From Podarcis tiliguerta (lineage: Eukaryota): a stretch of DNA of 64,000 nt. Shown piece by piece: positions 13,291 to 25,328 of the stretch. Numbering within the stretch: position 1 is the first letter of the stretch; each line of letters opens with the position of its first letter. The stretch is taken from NCBI GenBank assembly GCA_965153285.1, contig OZ229125.1, one strand, 5' to 3'. The translations under genes and the position numbers were made by a program. The notes below the pieces were generated by a model that saw only the letters and a program-made list of their open reading frames with translations, was not told the origin of the DNA and did no database searches.

Positions 13291-13982
13291 ATGCTGATTG
13301 CAGGTGTGACTTTAAATGGAACTCTGGGTGAAACACCAGGGCTTAGATGGAAACATTTTAAAAGCAGGCCGGGCTGGAAATAGACATCAGTGGTACTGAA
13401 TGAATACCAATATTCCAGCATGCTGCAGAGCAGAAAAAGGGGGGGGGGGAGCATGGTTATTCCATCCCTGCTGCTCAAAGCTGTCTTTGTCTCTCCAACT
13501 GTCACCTAGCAGCAACAGTTCCACCAAGCTCCATTCCAACTGGTTATTATAAGTTTAAAAATTACAGTCGTGCCAGAGCTTGTTCCTTTCCTCCTCCATC
13601 CCCATTCCCTTTTCCTTTTATGTCATCTATTGTAGATGGTTTTTTCATTGATCTGTAACACTGCTCTGGAAGTTTTTGTTGTTTTTGTTTTCTAAAGGTT
13701 GGGATAAAACACATTACAAATAAATGAACCCAATGCACTGTGCCTATATCTCTAGTATATTCTGGCTAAGTCTTCACCTGCCACCTTTAGAAAAGTCACT
13801 AATGAAAAGGGGGGGGGGAGGTGAAAGGGGTGTGTGAAAAAAGGAGTAAGAGCAGTTAGAAATAAGTGATGCAGAAGGAGTAGTGAGACCAGTAATATTC
13901 TTACAGGGCAGCACTGGGGAAACTGTCCACATCGGGTTCTTTTCAACTAACCTTTACTCATCGTAGACCCCAGAAATGAATA

Positions 13983-14241
13983 CCGTATTTTTTGCTCTAT
14001 AAGACTCATTTTTTCCTTCCTAAAAAGTAAGGGGAAATGTGTGTGCGTCTTATGGAGCGAATGCAGGCTGCGCAGCTATCCCAGAAGCCAGAACAGCAAG
14101 AGGGATTGCTGCTTTCACTGCGCAGTGATCCCTCTTGCTGTTCTGGCTTCTGAGATTCAGAATTATTTTTTTCTTGTTTTCCTCCTCCAAAAACGAGGTG
14201 CGTCTTGTGGTCTGGTGCGTCTTATAGAGCAAAAAATACGG
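13983..14241 (+). mobile_element. CCGTA-TIR Tc1/mariner-superfamily MITE, subfamily B
   Basis: TIR CCGTATTTTTTGCTCTATAAGAC, TA TSD, internal 25-bp perfect inverted repeat at 14082-14152. Confidence 0.9.
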
Positions 14242-14280
14242 TAATCATCCCTAAGGTTTGATCCTGCTCTGGAGGGTAGG

Positions 14281-14513
14281 ACTTGAGCAAATGGCTTCAA
14301 GATATAATAAAGGAGATTCTTGCTAAACATCAAGAAAAACTTTCTGACAGTAAGAGGTGTTAGAGAGTGGAACCGTCTCCTTTGGGAGGTTGTGGGCTCT
14401 CCTTCCTTGGAGGTTTTTAAGCAGAGGTTGGATGGCTATCTGTCATGGATGTTTTAGCTGAGATTTCTTCAGTTTCAGGGGGTCTCTTCCAATTCTAGGA
14501 TTCTATAATTCTA
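14281..14513 (+). mobile_element. CR1 LINE 3' end
   Basis: CR1-like 3' region ending TTCCAATTCTAGGATTCTATAATTCTA. Confidence 0.75.
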
Positions 14514-16366
14514 AGCCAACGTTTTGCATCTGGCCACAGATGATGGGCCAAGGTGTCTCTAGGAAGAGAAGACAAGATATTCTGAGGGGAAATTTGCAGA
14601 CTGCTTTATGTATACTACGCCCTTTTTCTCTTTGTGGAAATCAAGGTGGTGGATGTATTGTGTTCCCATCTTGCCTTTCATGAAAGGCAGAATTGCTGTA
14701 TCACACGCCTCCCTGGGAAGTGTGGTCATTCCTGTGTCTGTGCAAAAACAGCAACCACAAAGTGCCTCGCTATGACTAGCAAAGTGGCAATCACGATGAC
14801 TGGAATTTATTGTCTACCACTGGAATGGGCTGTGATGTCCATTTAATTCTATGGAAGAAAGTTGAAAGCAGTTGCAGCCTAGCCGCTCCTAACTTCCTAT
14901 GAAGTGTGCCTCCTACAGGAGAGGAAGGTGTACTACACCAGCAACCAAGAGTGAATAAAGCAAACTGGCAAGTTATGCATATAGATTTACAAATTGCTGA
15001 TTGGGAATTGATGCCAAAATAGAGTGACCAGTTCAAGGCCAAGCAGTGAGTTTGCTTGAGCTGTGGGTTCCCCCAGAGCCAAATCTAATCCTCTGGCCAC
15101 TGGATGACACCAGCTCTTGAATGTGTAAGCTGTTACATCGACTGTGTATCTCACTTCTCAATAATCTGAAGTGCCTGCTTTTTGACACGCACCTTCGCTG
15201 TTCCTTACAACAACCTTGTGAGGCGAGTCCATGAGAATTCTCATTTTACCAGTGGGAAAGCAGAGACTGAGAGGTGACAACATGCCATGCGTAGGACCAG
15301 GACTTGAACCCACAACCCCACTAGCGCCAAGTTCATTTGTAGAAACGTTTAACACATGTTAACCACCGCATCTGGCGACAATAGCGACTGAGGAAGCAGC
15401 AATATGGTTTCTTCATGATAGTAATAGAATTAGTAATATATTTTTTATAAATTCTAATCTTGATGCTTGAGGTTTGCGTGCGCTTTTTCTAAGAAGAACC
15501 AAAGCCCCTGCGCGCCCCCCCTTTATTATTGTTGTTAAATGTCTTCGCTTCAAGGGCTGCTGAGTCTGCTGCAGAGTACAATGCTGGGGAGAGCCCAGCC
15601 ACTCAACATGGTGATTTGCTCTGAGACCTATATTTACATCCATGGGTGGGGGGGGTGGAATAAGCATTTGCAGATGGTAGGCAGTTTTGTGTCATGGGCC
15701 CTCGGTCTTTTAAGTAGGTACCAGTCCCCCTGATATTTAGGAACACAGAGGGTGGGGCTCTGCCAAAGCTTCACTCTTCCCCAGAATCTGAGGTCCTTTC
15801 CTTTTTTCCTCTGAAATGAGTCACCTCTGCCCAGCACCCTTCTCTGCTGTGTGAGTGAGTGTGAGAGAGGGAGAATGAATGATATCACAACATGAGCAGC
15901 ACTATGCGGTACAGAAGGAAAAAACTCAGCACCCCAAGGGATCCACTTTTGAGGGCATCCCTGCATTTGATATAACGGGAGTCTTCCTGGGTCAGATCAA
16001 AGGGGCATCCTGTTTCCCACAATGGCTAGCCAAATGCCTCTGGAAAAGCCCACACATAAATACAGTCATCCCCACTGACTTGTCCCCAGTGCCTGACACT
16101 GAGAGGTACACTGTCTCTGATGCTGGGTGTTCTGCCTCGCTGCCGTGGCTGATAATAATTAACAGACCTCTCCTACTCTTCCATGAAATTGCCTAGTCGT
16201 CTTTCAAAGCCAGTGGACGCCACCACAACCTGTTGGGGCGAATGCCGTCTATTAATGGTGTGTTGTGGGAAGAGGCGCCTTCCAACATGTACTCATTCTG
16301 TTGGCCGTGTGTGTGCATGTGGCTGTGCAAAAATGGGAGGTAATTCCTAGGTCATCTAGCAACATA

Positions 16367-16625
16367 CCGTATTTATCGCTCTATAACACGCACCAGACCA
16401 CAAGATGCACCTAGTTTTTGGAGGAGGAAAACAAGAAAAAAAATATTCTGAATCTCAGAAGCCAGAACAGCAAGAGGGATCACTGCGCAGTGAAAGCAGC
16501 AATCCCTCTTGCTGTTCTGGCTTCTGGGATAGCTGCGCAGCCTGCATTTGCTCCATAAGACGCACACACATTTCCCCTTACTTTTTAGGAGGGAAAAAGT
16601 GAGTCTTATAGAGCAAAAAATACGG
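16367..16625 (-). mobile_element. CCGTA-TIR MITE, subfamily B
   Basis: Near-identical reverse copy of 13983-14241, TA-flanked. Confidence 0.9.
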
Positions 16626-17053
16626 TACACATTCTCAACATGAATCCTCTGGAGACTAACATGTGCACCACCATTTCTATGCTTGGAAATGGAAAGAGTA
16701 ATATATCGAATTAAAGTTGTATATTTGTGTGTGTATGTGTGTTTTGGGGGTGGGAAAGAATCCATGGTGAGGATTCCACCCTCCCCTTTCATCCCCCTTC
16801 CTCTCCCCCTCTCCCCTCCCAGGAAGGTGTAAAATTAGTGAACCACAAAATGAAGCGCTCGCTCGCGGAAGGCAGGCCAGGCTGCTCATTGTGTATGCAG
16901 AAGGCATCCATCTCTCTCAGCTCCCGCCCTCCCGCCCTCTCCTCCCGCTCCTGCAAAGGCAGCTTGTGCTCTCGATAAGATGATAACAGGCTTGAGGAGC
17001 AGCAAACTTCCCTGTCTCCCAGATTGACCGATGTTTTCCCTTTTTGCTTTCAG

Positions 17054-17180
17054 GTGCAAGCCAAGTTCCGTTACCCTTTCTACTATGAGATGTGTTGGTA
17101 TGTTCTGGAGAGATACGTGTTTTGCGTGACCCAGCGCTCCCACCTCAGCAAAGAGTATCTGAAAGAATCAATGTTAATTG
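17054..17180 (+). CDS. KDM2B: KDM2B coding exon (~exon 10)
   Basis: tttcag|GTG...ATTG|gtgagt, 127 nt. Reads [42 protein letters not shown](D). Not in the ORF track. Confidence 0.95.
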
Positions 17181-17658
17181 GTGAGTGAATTCTTTTGCAG
17201 TTAATAGTCGGAGTGAACAGGCAGGGAGATGGAACGGCACCCTTCCTTTTTGCTTCTGTGCACAAACGGGTCGAAAATCATAACGGTGAAGAACTGTGGA
17301 GATTGAACTGAATTATTGTATCATTTCCTAAAGGAGCAAGTGTGTGGCTTGAACTTCAGGCGTTTTAACCAGCACACCAAGTTCCCCCAGGAAATGATAT
17401 TTCTCAAGGTCTTCTGCGAGCAAGCGAAAAAACACATTCAGATTTTCTGTGTTTTGTGTTTCTGCAGGTTTTGAATCCTCCCAAAGAAATGAGGGTTAAC
17501 TGGGTGCCTTTGACACATGGGAGCAGGAGGGTTAGGGTGGCATCCCAGGGAACACACCTAAATTCTGCACAAAGGACGTACATTTTTCACCACTTGGAAC
17601 AAATTATGTAGCTAGTTCAACTTTGCATGCTTAATTTGCATAACATATAGCCAGTTTA

Positions 17659-18018
17659 GGGACGCGGGTGGCGCTGTGGGTAAAAGCCTCAGCGCCTAGG
17701 GCTTGCCAATCGAAAGGTCGGCGGTTCGAATCCCCGCAGCGGGGTGCGCTCCCGTTGCTCGGTCCCAGCGCCTGCCAACCTAGCAGTTCGAAAGCACCTC
17801 CGGGTGCAAGTAGATAAATAGGGACCGCTTACCAGCGGGAAGGTAAACGGCGTTCCGTGTGCTGCGCTGGCTTGCCAGAGCAGCTTCGTCACGCTGGCCA
17901 CATGACCCGGAAGTGTCTCTGGACAGTGCTGGCCCTCGGCCTCTTAAGTGAGATGGGCGCACAACCCTAGAGTCTGTCAAGACTGGCCCGTACGGGCAGG
18001 GGTACCTTTATCTTTACC
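17659..18018 (+). mobile_element. Sauria-type SINE (variant subfamily, CpG-intact) with 13-bp TSD
   Basis: TSD TATAGCCAGTTTA at 17646-17658 and 18019-18031. Confidence 0.9.
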
Positions 18019-18278
18019 TATAGCCAGTTTATACACTTTGCAGAATTACGTGGTAGAGCTTTACATAGACGGGATCAAATGAGGCTGCAGTTCTGGGTGG
18101 GAGAGCGGTGGTAGTCTGTGGGAGAAAGCTGAATGCCCTCCTTGGCCACGTAGGGTGGGCTTGCAATTAGCTGTGGAGCATAGGCAGCTGTCATACGCCC
18201 GATTTGTCCACCTAGACCAGAGTTGTCCATGTCGACTGGTAACACCTCTCCAGTAATAAAAGCAGATATATCTACCAT

Positions 18279-18486
18279 TAAAGGTAAAGGTAAAGGGACC
18301 CCTGACCATTAGGTCCAGTTGTGGCCGACTCTGGGGTTGCGGCCGAGGGAGCCGCCGTTTGTCCACAGACAGCTTTCCGTGTCATGTGGCCAGCATGACT
18401 AAGCCGCTTCTGGCGAACCAGAGCAGCGCACGGAAATGCCGTTTACCTTCCCGCCAGAGCGGTACCTATTTATCTACTTGCACTTT
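18279..18486 (-). mobile_element. 5'-truncated Sauria-type SINE
   Basis: (AAAGGT)n tail plus the 3' half only. Confidence 0.85.
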
Positions 18487-18960
18487 ACCGGCTACTAATC
18501 CTTTTAAACTGGAGATGGCATAGATTGAAGAATCTTCTTCAGACAGTGCTGGTATTTCACCACTGAGCTATGGTCCCTGGCAGAGGCAAGTATAGACCAG
18601 GTCTGCAAGGTGCATGCACCATTCGCAGGGAACAGTTATCAGTGTGCAGATGAGATGTAAATGGATGAGGTCATCCACTCCTGTTTTCTACTGCTTCCTG
18701 TTTTTCAGGAACTGTGGGCCCACTGCCACCTAGTGACATCCTCCAGGATGGCAGGTCTCTTCCTTCAGTCAGCAATCATATGTGGAAGCCAAGTGGTGTA
18801 GTGTGACCATCAGCCTTACATGCGCCATCACTGGTGTGTGTGAAAGGCTGTCTTAAGTGCTCTCCAGATTAAAACCAAAACCCCGCCAGGTGCACAGAAA
18901 AATAGCCTAGCCTAGTCAAGAGCCAGTGTGGCATAATAGTAATAGAGTGTTGGTCTAGGA

Positions 18961-19463
18961 CAGGGGTCAGCAACCCGCGGCTCCGGAGCCGCATGTGGCT
19001 CTTTTACACCTTTGCCGCGGCTCCGGGGTGGATACTAGCAAGGGGAGGAGGTGCATTGTGCGCCCCGACACTCCCCACTATGGCAGGCGCTGTACTGGCT
19101 GTGACGTCGCATGGGGGCGGTGAGTGCGTTAGTCACGCACCGTCCCGACATCACCTTCCTGCCCGCCCACCCGCTACATTGTAAGGGGCATGTACCCTGG
19201 TCACTGCATTGAAAGGGGGCATGTACGCTGGTCACTGTTTTGAAGGGGAGTGAAGAACACACACACACACACAAAAAGGTAACTTGTTAATTTAACGTTT
19301 ATTTCTATGAGGAGGAGTAATTCTGAGGGGTCAAACAAAGAAATAATAATAAAAAGTGACAAAAAAGTTATTTTTATAATGACGAGTTTTGTGGCTCCTG
19401 GTTTTTTTTCCTTCGGAAACGGGTCCAAGTGGCTCATTTTGTCTTAAAGGTTGCAGACACCTG
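18961..19463. mobile_element. Non-autonomous hAT (Charlie-like) element nested in an older SINE
   Basis: TIRs CAGGGGTCAGCAACC...GGTTGCAGACACCTG and 8-bp TSD GTCTAGGA. The flanks (~18920-18960 and 19464-19600) rejoin as a tRNA-derived SINE. Confidence 0.88.
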
Positions 19464-19644
19464 GTCTAGGACCTGGGAGAGTAGGATTTGAATCCCCACT
19501 CAGCCGTGAAGCTTACTGGGTAATCTTGGGCCAGTCACCATCTCTTAGCCTAAGCTACCTCACAGGTGGTTGCGGGGATGAAATGGGGAGGAGGAACCTG
19601 AGTCCTACCTTCAGGGCGTTAAAAATTATTCTCATCTGTCTCAG

Positions 19645-20096
19645 ATACAACAAGGAAACGCAGCTTAGATAGCTTCTCATCGGATTCCTGGGTAGACATG
19701 GATGACGAATCGTGTGATGTCCACACCCGGGAAGAGAAGGATGACTGTCTGGAAAAAATCCCCAAGGCCTTGGCGGATGGATCGTCTTCTCCCAACAGTA
19801 TACATTCAGAAGGGAAGGAGGTTTCAGGGAGGAAGCAAAAATCTGCAGCCACCCGCTTCCTCAAAAGGACTTTGTCCAATGAGTCGGAAGAAAGTGTAAA
19901 ATCTACACCGGCAGACTATCCCAAAACTCCCACGGGCTCCCCAGCTACAGAGGTTTCGGCGAAATGGACTCACCTGACAGAGTTTGAACTGAAGGGTTTG
20001 AAAGCCCTTGTTGAAAAACTTGAATCCCTTCCGGAGAATAAGAAATGTATACCTGAAGGCATCGAGGATCCGCAGTCTCTGCTGGAGGATATGAAG
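19645..20096 (+). CDS. KDM2B: KDM2B coding exon (~exon 11)
   Basis: tctcag|AT...ATGAAG|gtgtgt, 452 nt. Contains [17 protein letters not shown]...[44 protein letters not shown]. Confidence 0.95.
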
Positions 20097-21152
20097 GTGT
20101 GTAGATGTTTTGCTTCTAAAAATGGTAAGCTCTGTGATGTCAGGAGGCTGCCCAAATAGCTTGTAGTTGGGAATCCATCTCGAGAATGGGCCCTGATTTC
20201 TGTGTGCTTCACATACCTTACATAGAAAACCCACAGGGAAGAAGAATGTGTTTGGTGTAGTCATGTGGTGATAATCCCAGAGTCCTCCTCTGCTCAGCTT
20301 TGTAAAGAGTGAAGAGCTTGTCTCTCAGAGCAAGAAAGGAAGGGCTATTTCAGAACCTACTGATCTTCACATCCAGAAGCAACAGTTCCCTGTATGTAGC
20401 CATAGCTTCAACAGTTTTCTGCTGCTCTTCGTTCTAGTCCATCTCTCTTTGGTGGACAGAAGCCACATGGGAAAGAGTGAAGTGGAGTGGAACATCTTCT
20501 GTTAATGTTCTCACAGAAAAAGCACTTCATTTGTGGGAGTTCAGAAGCTGCCACTATTTTGGCTTCTTCAACAGCTCTTGCACATAGACCAAAACCAGGA
20601 GTAAAGCACATTAAAAGGAGCTGAATGACAAAAAGAAGGGAAGTCTCTGGCTTTGTGCCCTGAGGGCAGGGGGTGGGGAGACACACACAACACTATGGGA
20701 GTCCTTTCCACTTGAGTGGAATCCTCAAAGCCTCTGGCTGGGGTGGGAGAGACCTCCTTTGGACGCCACTTGGTTCTTTTAAGGTACACAGCCCAGCAAA
20801 TACTATACATATCTAAGAGTTTAGCTTTTCGAGGTCTTATCTTCACGAGTTCATGTTATGGGTACTGGGAGAGCTCTTAACTGCATATCTCAGCCTTGAA
20901 AATTAGTCTGCAAAAGTTAAGAACCCAAAGAACTGGCTTGTTTCCTGTCTGCTTCTGCATTGCCAAGTGGCATCACAGTGATAACCGGGGAGCCACATGT
21001 ATGACAGAAGAAAGGTGGGATATAAATTTAAGAAAAATAGGAAGGGGGGGGGTGAAGAGAGAGGGAGAGAGCTGGAATTGACCCTTCTTCAATTTGCCAA
21101 ATACTTCTCTTGCCTGGTTAGTATCCTGAAAGTAATTCTTACTCCTCATAGG

Positions 21153-21287
21153 CAGTGCTATTTTTTCTAGAAAAATAGGTGCCAGAACTCACATGAACGC
21201 CTCCCTGGTTTTCTTAGAATGGCAATGGCACCCACCTGAGAGGTGCCGAAAGTGAGTTCCACCGAGTTCCCCCTGACAATAGCCCTG
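21153..21287. mobile_element. Small hAT-type MITE with 8-bp TSD
   Basis: CAGTGCTATT...AATAGCCCTG flanked by CTCATAGG on both sides. Confidence 0.8.
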
Positions 21288-22404
21288 CTCATAGGTGATC
21301 AGCCAAGATAAAGTGGGTTACGTCAGGGGAACAAAGAATAAATGTGGGCAGCAGAAGTCATTGGGTTTCATTTACATTTTGGGTAAGGACATGCGAGAGG
21401 CTTTGTTAGGTTTTGGGAAAGGTCATTCCAGAAGCTCAAAGAAGGGCTGAGTTTTGAGATGAGGTGGTGGACTCAGCCAGCATCAGGTGATGCTGGTGGG
21501 GGCTGTCATTAGGGATGCTGGGAATTCTAGTCCAGCCCCACCTGGAGGGCCTTGGCCTCCCATCCTTGGCCCCAGGAGTGTGTGGAACATGATCCAGGTG
21601 AGAGGGGCCTGGGCAATGTTGCTTAGTTTTGAACTGTTGGAAACTGTACCACTGCAGATCTCACAAGGTGGGTCAGGGTTGGTTCTTCAAATGCTCCCAC
21701 CCATCAGAATCTCCCCGCACACATGAGCTTTAAGCGCCGGAGGTAGGTATCCTTCTCTCACCTCAGTTAGCTAAATGACTAATAACTAATGTGGACTCGT
21801 ATATTGATATCAGTATGTGTGTCATTTTACAGAGCACCAAAAAGAAGACAGGTCCCTGCCCTAAGGACTTTACCGAAAATGTGGGTTTTGATGAGGGATT
21901 TGCAAGGGTAGAGAAAAAGAGGCTCCAGGAAGGAGTTTTATTAACCTTTCCTGCAGACTATCAGTAACGGCAGTGTTTGAGACAGGATGGTGTGAATTGC
22001 AACACAACCCCTAGCTTGATTCTTTCTATGTTGGGGACAAGGAACTGTGTCCTTTAGATGTGTTAACTGTTTGTGTACGTGGAGATGTTAAATGGCAAAG
22101 CAGGCACCATGCAATGAGCGATTTCCCCCGTGTGTGGTGCAGTTCTCTTATGGAACTGTATCACATCCCCCCACCCCGGGTGTTTAAATACAATAAGAAA
22201 ACACTTAATGAGGCACTACTACCAGTTGCTCTTAAAACACTTTAAACTTTGATTTAGAAACTCATGATACGTGTAGGAAACTGAGGTTTTGTTTTTTGTT
22301 GCTCAGGAAAACGAACAGCTTCCTTTCAAAGGGATTTTCTCACTTGATTAGTGATTAGGGGCAGGTGGACACTGCATGAAGCTGATTCAGCTGTAAGAAT
22401 TTTC

Positions 22405-22750
22405 AGGGTGGCGCTGTGGGTTAAACCACAGAGCCTAGGGCTTGCCGATCAGAAGGTCAGCGGTTCGAATCCCCGCGACGGGGTGAGCTCCCGTTACTCG
22501 GTCCCTGCTCCTGCCCACCTTGCAGTTTGAAAGCACGTCAAAGTGCAAGTAGATGAATAGGTACTGCTCTGGCGGGAAGGTAAACGGTGTTTCCGTGCGC
22601 TGCTCTGGTTCGCCAGAAGCGGCTTAGTCATGCTGGCCACATGACCTGGAAGCTGTATGCCAGCTCTCTCGGCCAATAAAGCAAGATGAGCGCTGCAACC
22701 CCAGAGTCGGCCACGACTGGACCTAATGGTCAGGGGTCCCTTTACCTTTA
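22405..22750 (+). mobile_element. Sauria-type SINE
   Basis: Collinear with the 492-843 copy. Confidence 0.9.
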
Positions 22751-23534
22751 CTAGCTGTGTGTTAGTCTGTTGCAATAGAAATGACAACGGGTCTCGTGGC
22801 ACCTTAAAAGACTGACCAATTTATTAAGGCGTAATCTATCATAGATGACTAGAGTCCACTCTTGCTTCTGACAGATTGTTGTCTGCTAAAGCTAATGCCT
22901 TAACGAATTTGTTAATCTTCGTTGAGTAAGTTCTATTTGCCTTGATGTCAGGCACTTACGCTAAATGCTAGAAAACGTGGGTTGTGTCTGTGAAAACGAG
23001 CTCTGCTGCATGAAAAAGTGTCTCTCATCTGTTTAATTGCCCATGTCCTGTTTTCCCCAGACAATATCAATGTTGGTTGCTGCAGTGTAAAGAAGATTGA
23101 AGGATGTGGGGTTGGAATTCTCACAATGTGCTTTTTGTGTTCATATCAAGATCCCTTTCCCTGTCTCCATTCTTTCCCGATCTCCTATCAGCACAATCCT
23201 CTACATGTCTGCTGATCATCATTAATAGTGCTTTCTGCTAGGAAAATGAACATTATTTATAAAGATTGATTTGAAAAAATAAATTCGAGAGGGGTGGCTG
23301 TATATTAATCTCTTGCAGCAAAACCAATGAAGACTTATGGCAAAGCACCTTAGAGACTGAACACACTTTCATAAACCATAGTCTCCGTCAACAAGAAATT
23401 TACAAGTAAAAAACCTGTTATAGTCAGGTTTATTATAAAGAAATTTAAAGAAATCTTAAGTTGATTTAATCACAGAACCGGAAGTTGATTACTTGGTTGG
23501 TCAGTGAGAATTTGCACATGTATTATGTGCAGAT

Positions 23535-24018
23535 AATAGGTACCTATGGGACCGCCTCTCCTGGTATGCCCCATGGAGGACCTTAAGGTCCATATATAGC
23601 AACACCACAGAGGTCCCAGGCACTAAGGAAGTTAGATTAGCCTCAACCAGAGCCAGGGTCTTTTCAACACTGGCTTCGGCCTGGTGGAACGCTCTGTTCT
23701 CATGAGACCAGGGCCCTGCGGGATCTGATTTCTTTCCGCAGGGCCTAAGACAGAGTTGTTCCACCTGGCCTTTGGCTTAGAATCAGTTTGATTCCTTCCC
23801 CCTCTTTCTTTTTCCTTTCTCCTCCTGCGAAGAGGCTGCATCCTAATGTTTTGATGTTGTATCTTAATCTTTTAAATTGTTTTTTATTCAACTTGTTTTT
23901 ATTATTGGTTGTTAGCTGCCCTGAGCCTGGTTTTGGCTGGGGAGGGTGGGGCATAAATAAATAATAATAATAATTATTATTATTATTATTATTATCATTA
24001 TTATTACTATTACTATTA
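23535..24018 (+). mobile_element. L2-type LINE 3' fragment with (TAA)/(ATT)n tail
   Basis: YLWDRLS-like start, WNAL motif, T-rich 3' UTR and simple-repeat tail. Confidence 0.7.
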
Positions 24019-24459
24019 TGTTTGAGAAAAATACCAGTTTTAAAGCAACCTTCCCCAACTTGGTGCCTGCCAGAAGTTTCGGAGTGTTAGTTTGGTCTAA
24101 TGGGAGTTGTAGCCCCAAACATCTGGAAGTTTGGGGGAAGACTGTTCTAAAGGAAAAGGCATACCTTGTTAAAAGTAAGGAGCCATACAATTGCTCCAGT
24201 TAAAATTTAACCCCCCTCTGCTTCTTAGATTGTAGTAAGGCATTCGTTGTATCATTCCTGAAAGCTTCCTGAGTGATCACATCCACAAAATGAGAATTGC
24301 GAGGTGACACTTCCACATCTTTAATTCCAAGCTGCAAAGCAGAAAATAACATTTAACCTTTTCACTACATTTTCCTGATTTTCTTCCCTTTGGCAAGTCA
24401 TGGTGTGCCAGGTCTTTGCTCACACAGCCCTTAATTAGCCTCTTTTCTTTTTGAAACAG

Positions 24460-24546
24460 AACATCCTGAAGGAACATGCAGACGATGACCAAAATCTTGC
24501 CATTTCTGGGGTCCCAGTGGTATCGTGGCCTAAGAAAAACGCAAAG
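24460..24546 (+). CDS. KDM2B: KDM2B coding exon (~exon 12)
   Basis: aaacag|AAC...AAG|gtaggg, 87 nt. Reads [29 protein letters not shown]. Confidence 0.95.
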
Positions 24547-24829
24547 GTAGGGTGTTTGGAGCTGAACTTGTCTCAAAATAGCCATTTCCATGCCTTTTTC
24601 TCTCCCCAAACTTTGACACTTCTTGGTAGGAGCCTGGCCAGTAAGGAAACACTCCAGCCTTGTAGTTGGGCAGCGCTGCTGGTTTTTATCTGGCATCACT
24701 TTCCAGGCTGCAGCATTTATTGGTAGTTGAAGAACACACAAGGTAGCGTCGTATCCAGATCACCATTCTATAGCAAAAGGGCATGAGAGGACTGTGTCTA
24801 TTAAGGACCACTTTCCCAAGGGGTTAGGA

Positions 24830-25328
24830 CAGAGCTTTTCAACCTTTTAAAGTCCATGGCTCCCTTGACCTGCTACTCCTGCGGCACCCCTGTGGGGCTC
24901 AGGAACTCAGTTATGTCACCCCTTGCCTGCAGAGCTGGCAGGCTCTTGCTCTTTTTCAAACACCCTCCCTTGTGGGGTGTTCCCTCCACCTCCGCCTCCT
25001 CTCCCATTAGGAGTCTGGGCAGCCACTGCTGCCATCCTTGGTATCTGAGCTGCTCCCCTTGCCCCAAAGAGAGGTGCCGCCTCAAACTGCCCCACAGGGG
25101 CCTGGGAAGCACCCCTTGGCCAGCCCCAGAGGCACCATTTGCCTGGGGAACTTGTAGCCAAGGCTGCTGCAACAAACAGCCACACAAGCCTTGGGGAGGC
25201 ATAGACGTGAGAGGGCATCAGAGGAGGGAGGGAAGGAAAGAGGGACAGAGGCCAGTGTTGCCCGCGGCACCCCTGACCATCCTTCAAGGAACCAGAGGGT
25301 GCCATGGCACACTGGTTGAAAACCAGAG
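24830..25328. mobile_element. Probable degenerate hAT non-autonomous element
   Basis: Ends CAGAGCTTTTCAACC...GGTTGAAAACCAG and repeated GCGGCACCCCTG subterminal motifs. TSD not clear. Confidence 0.55.
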
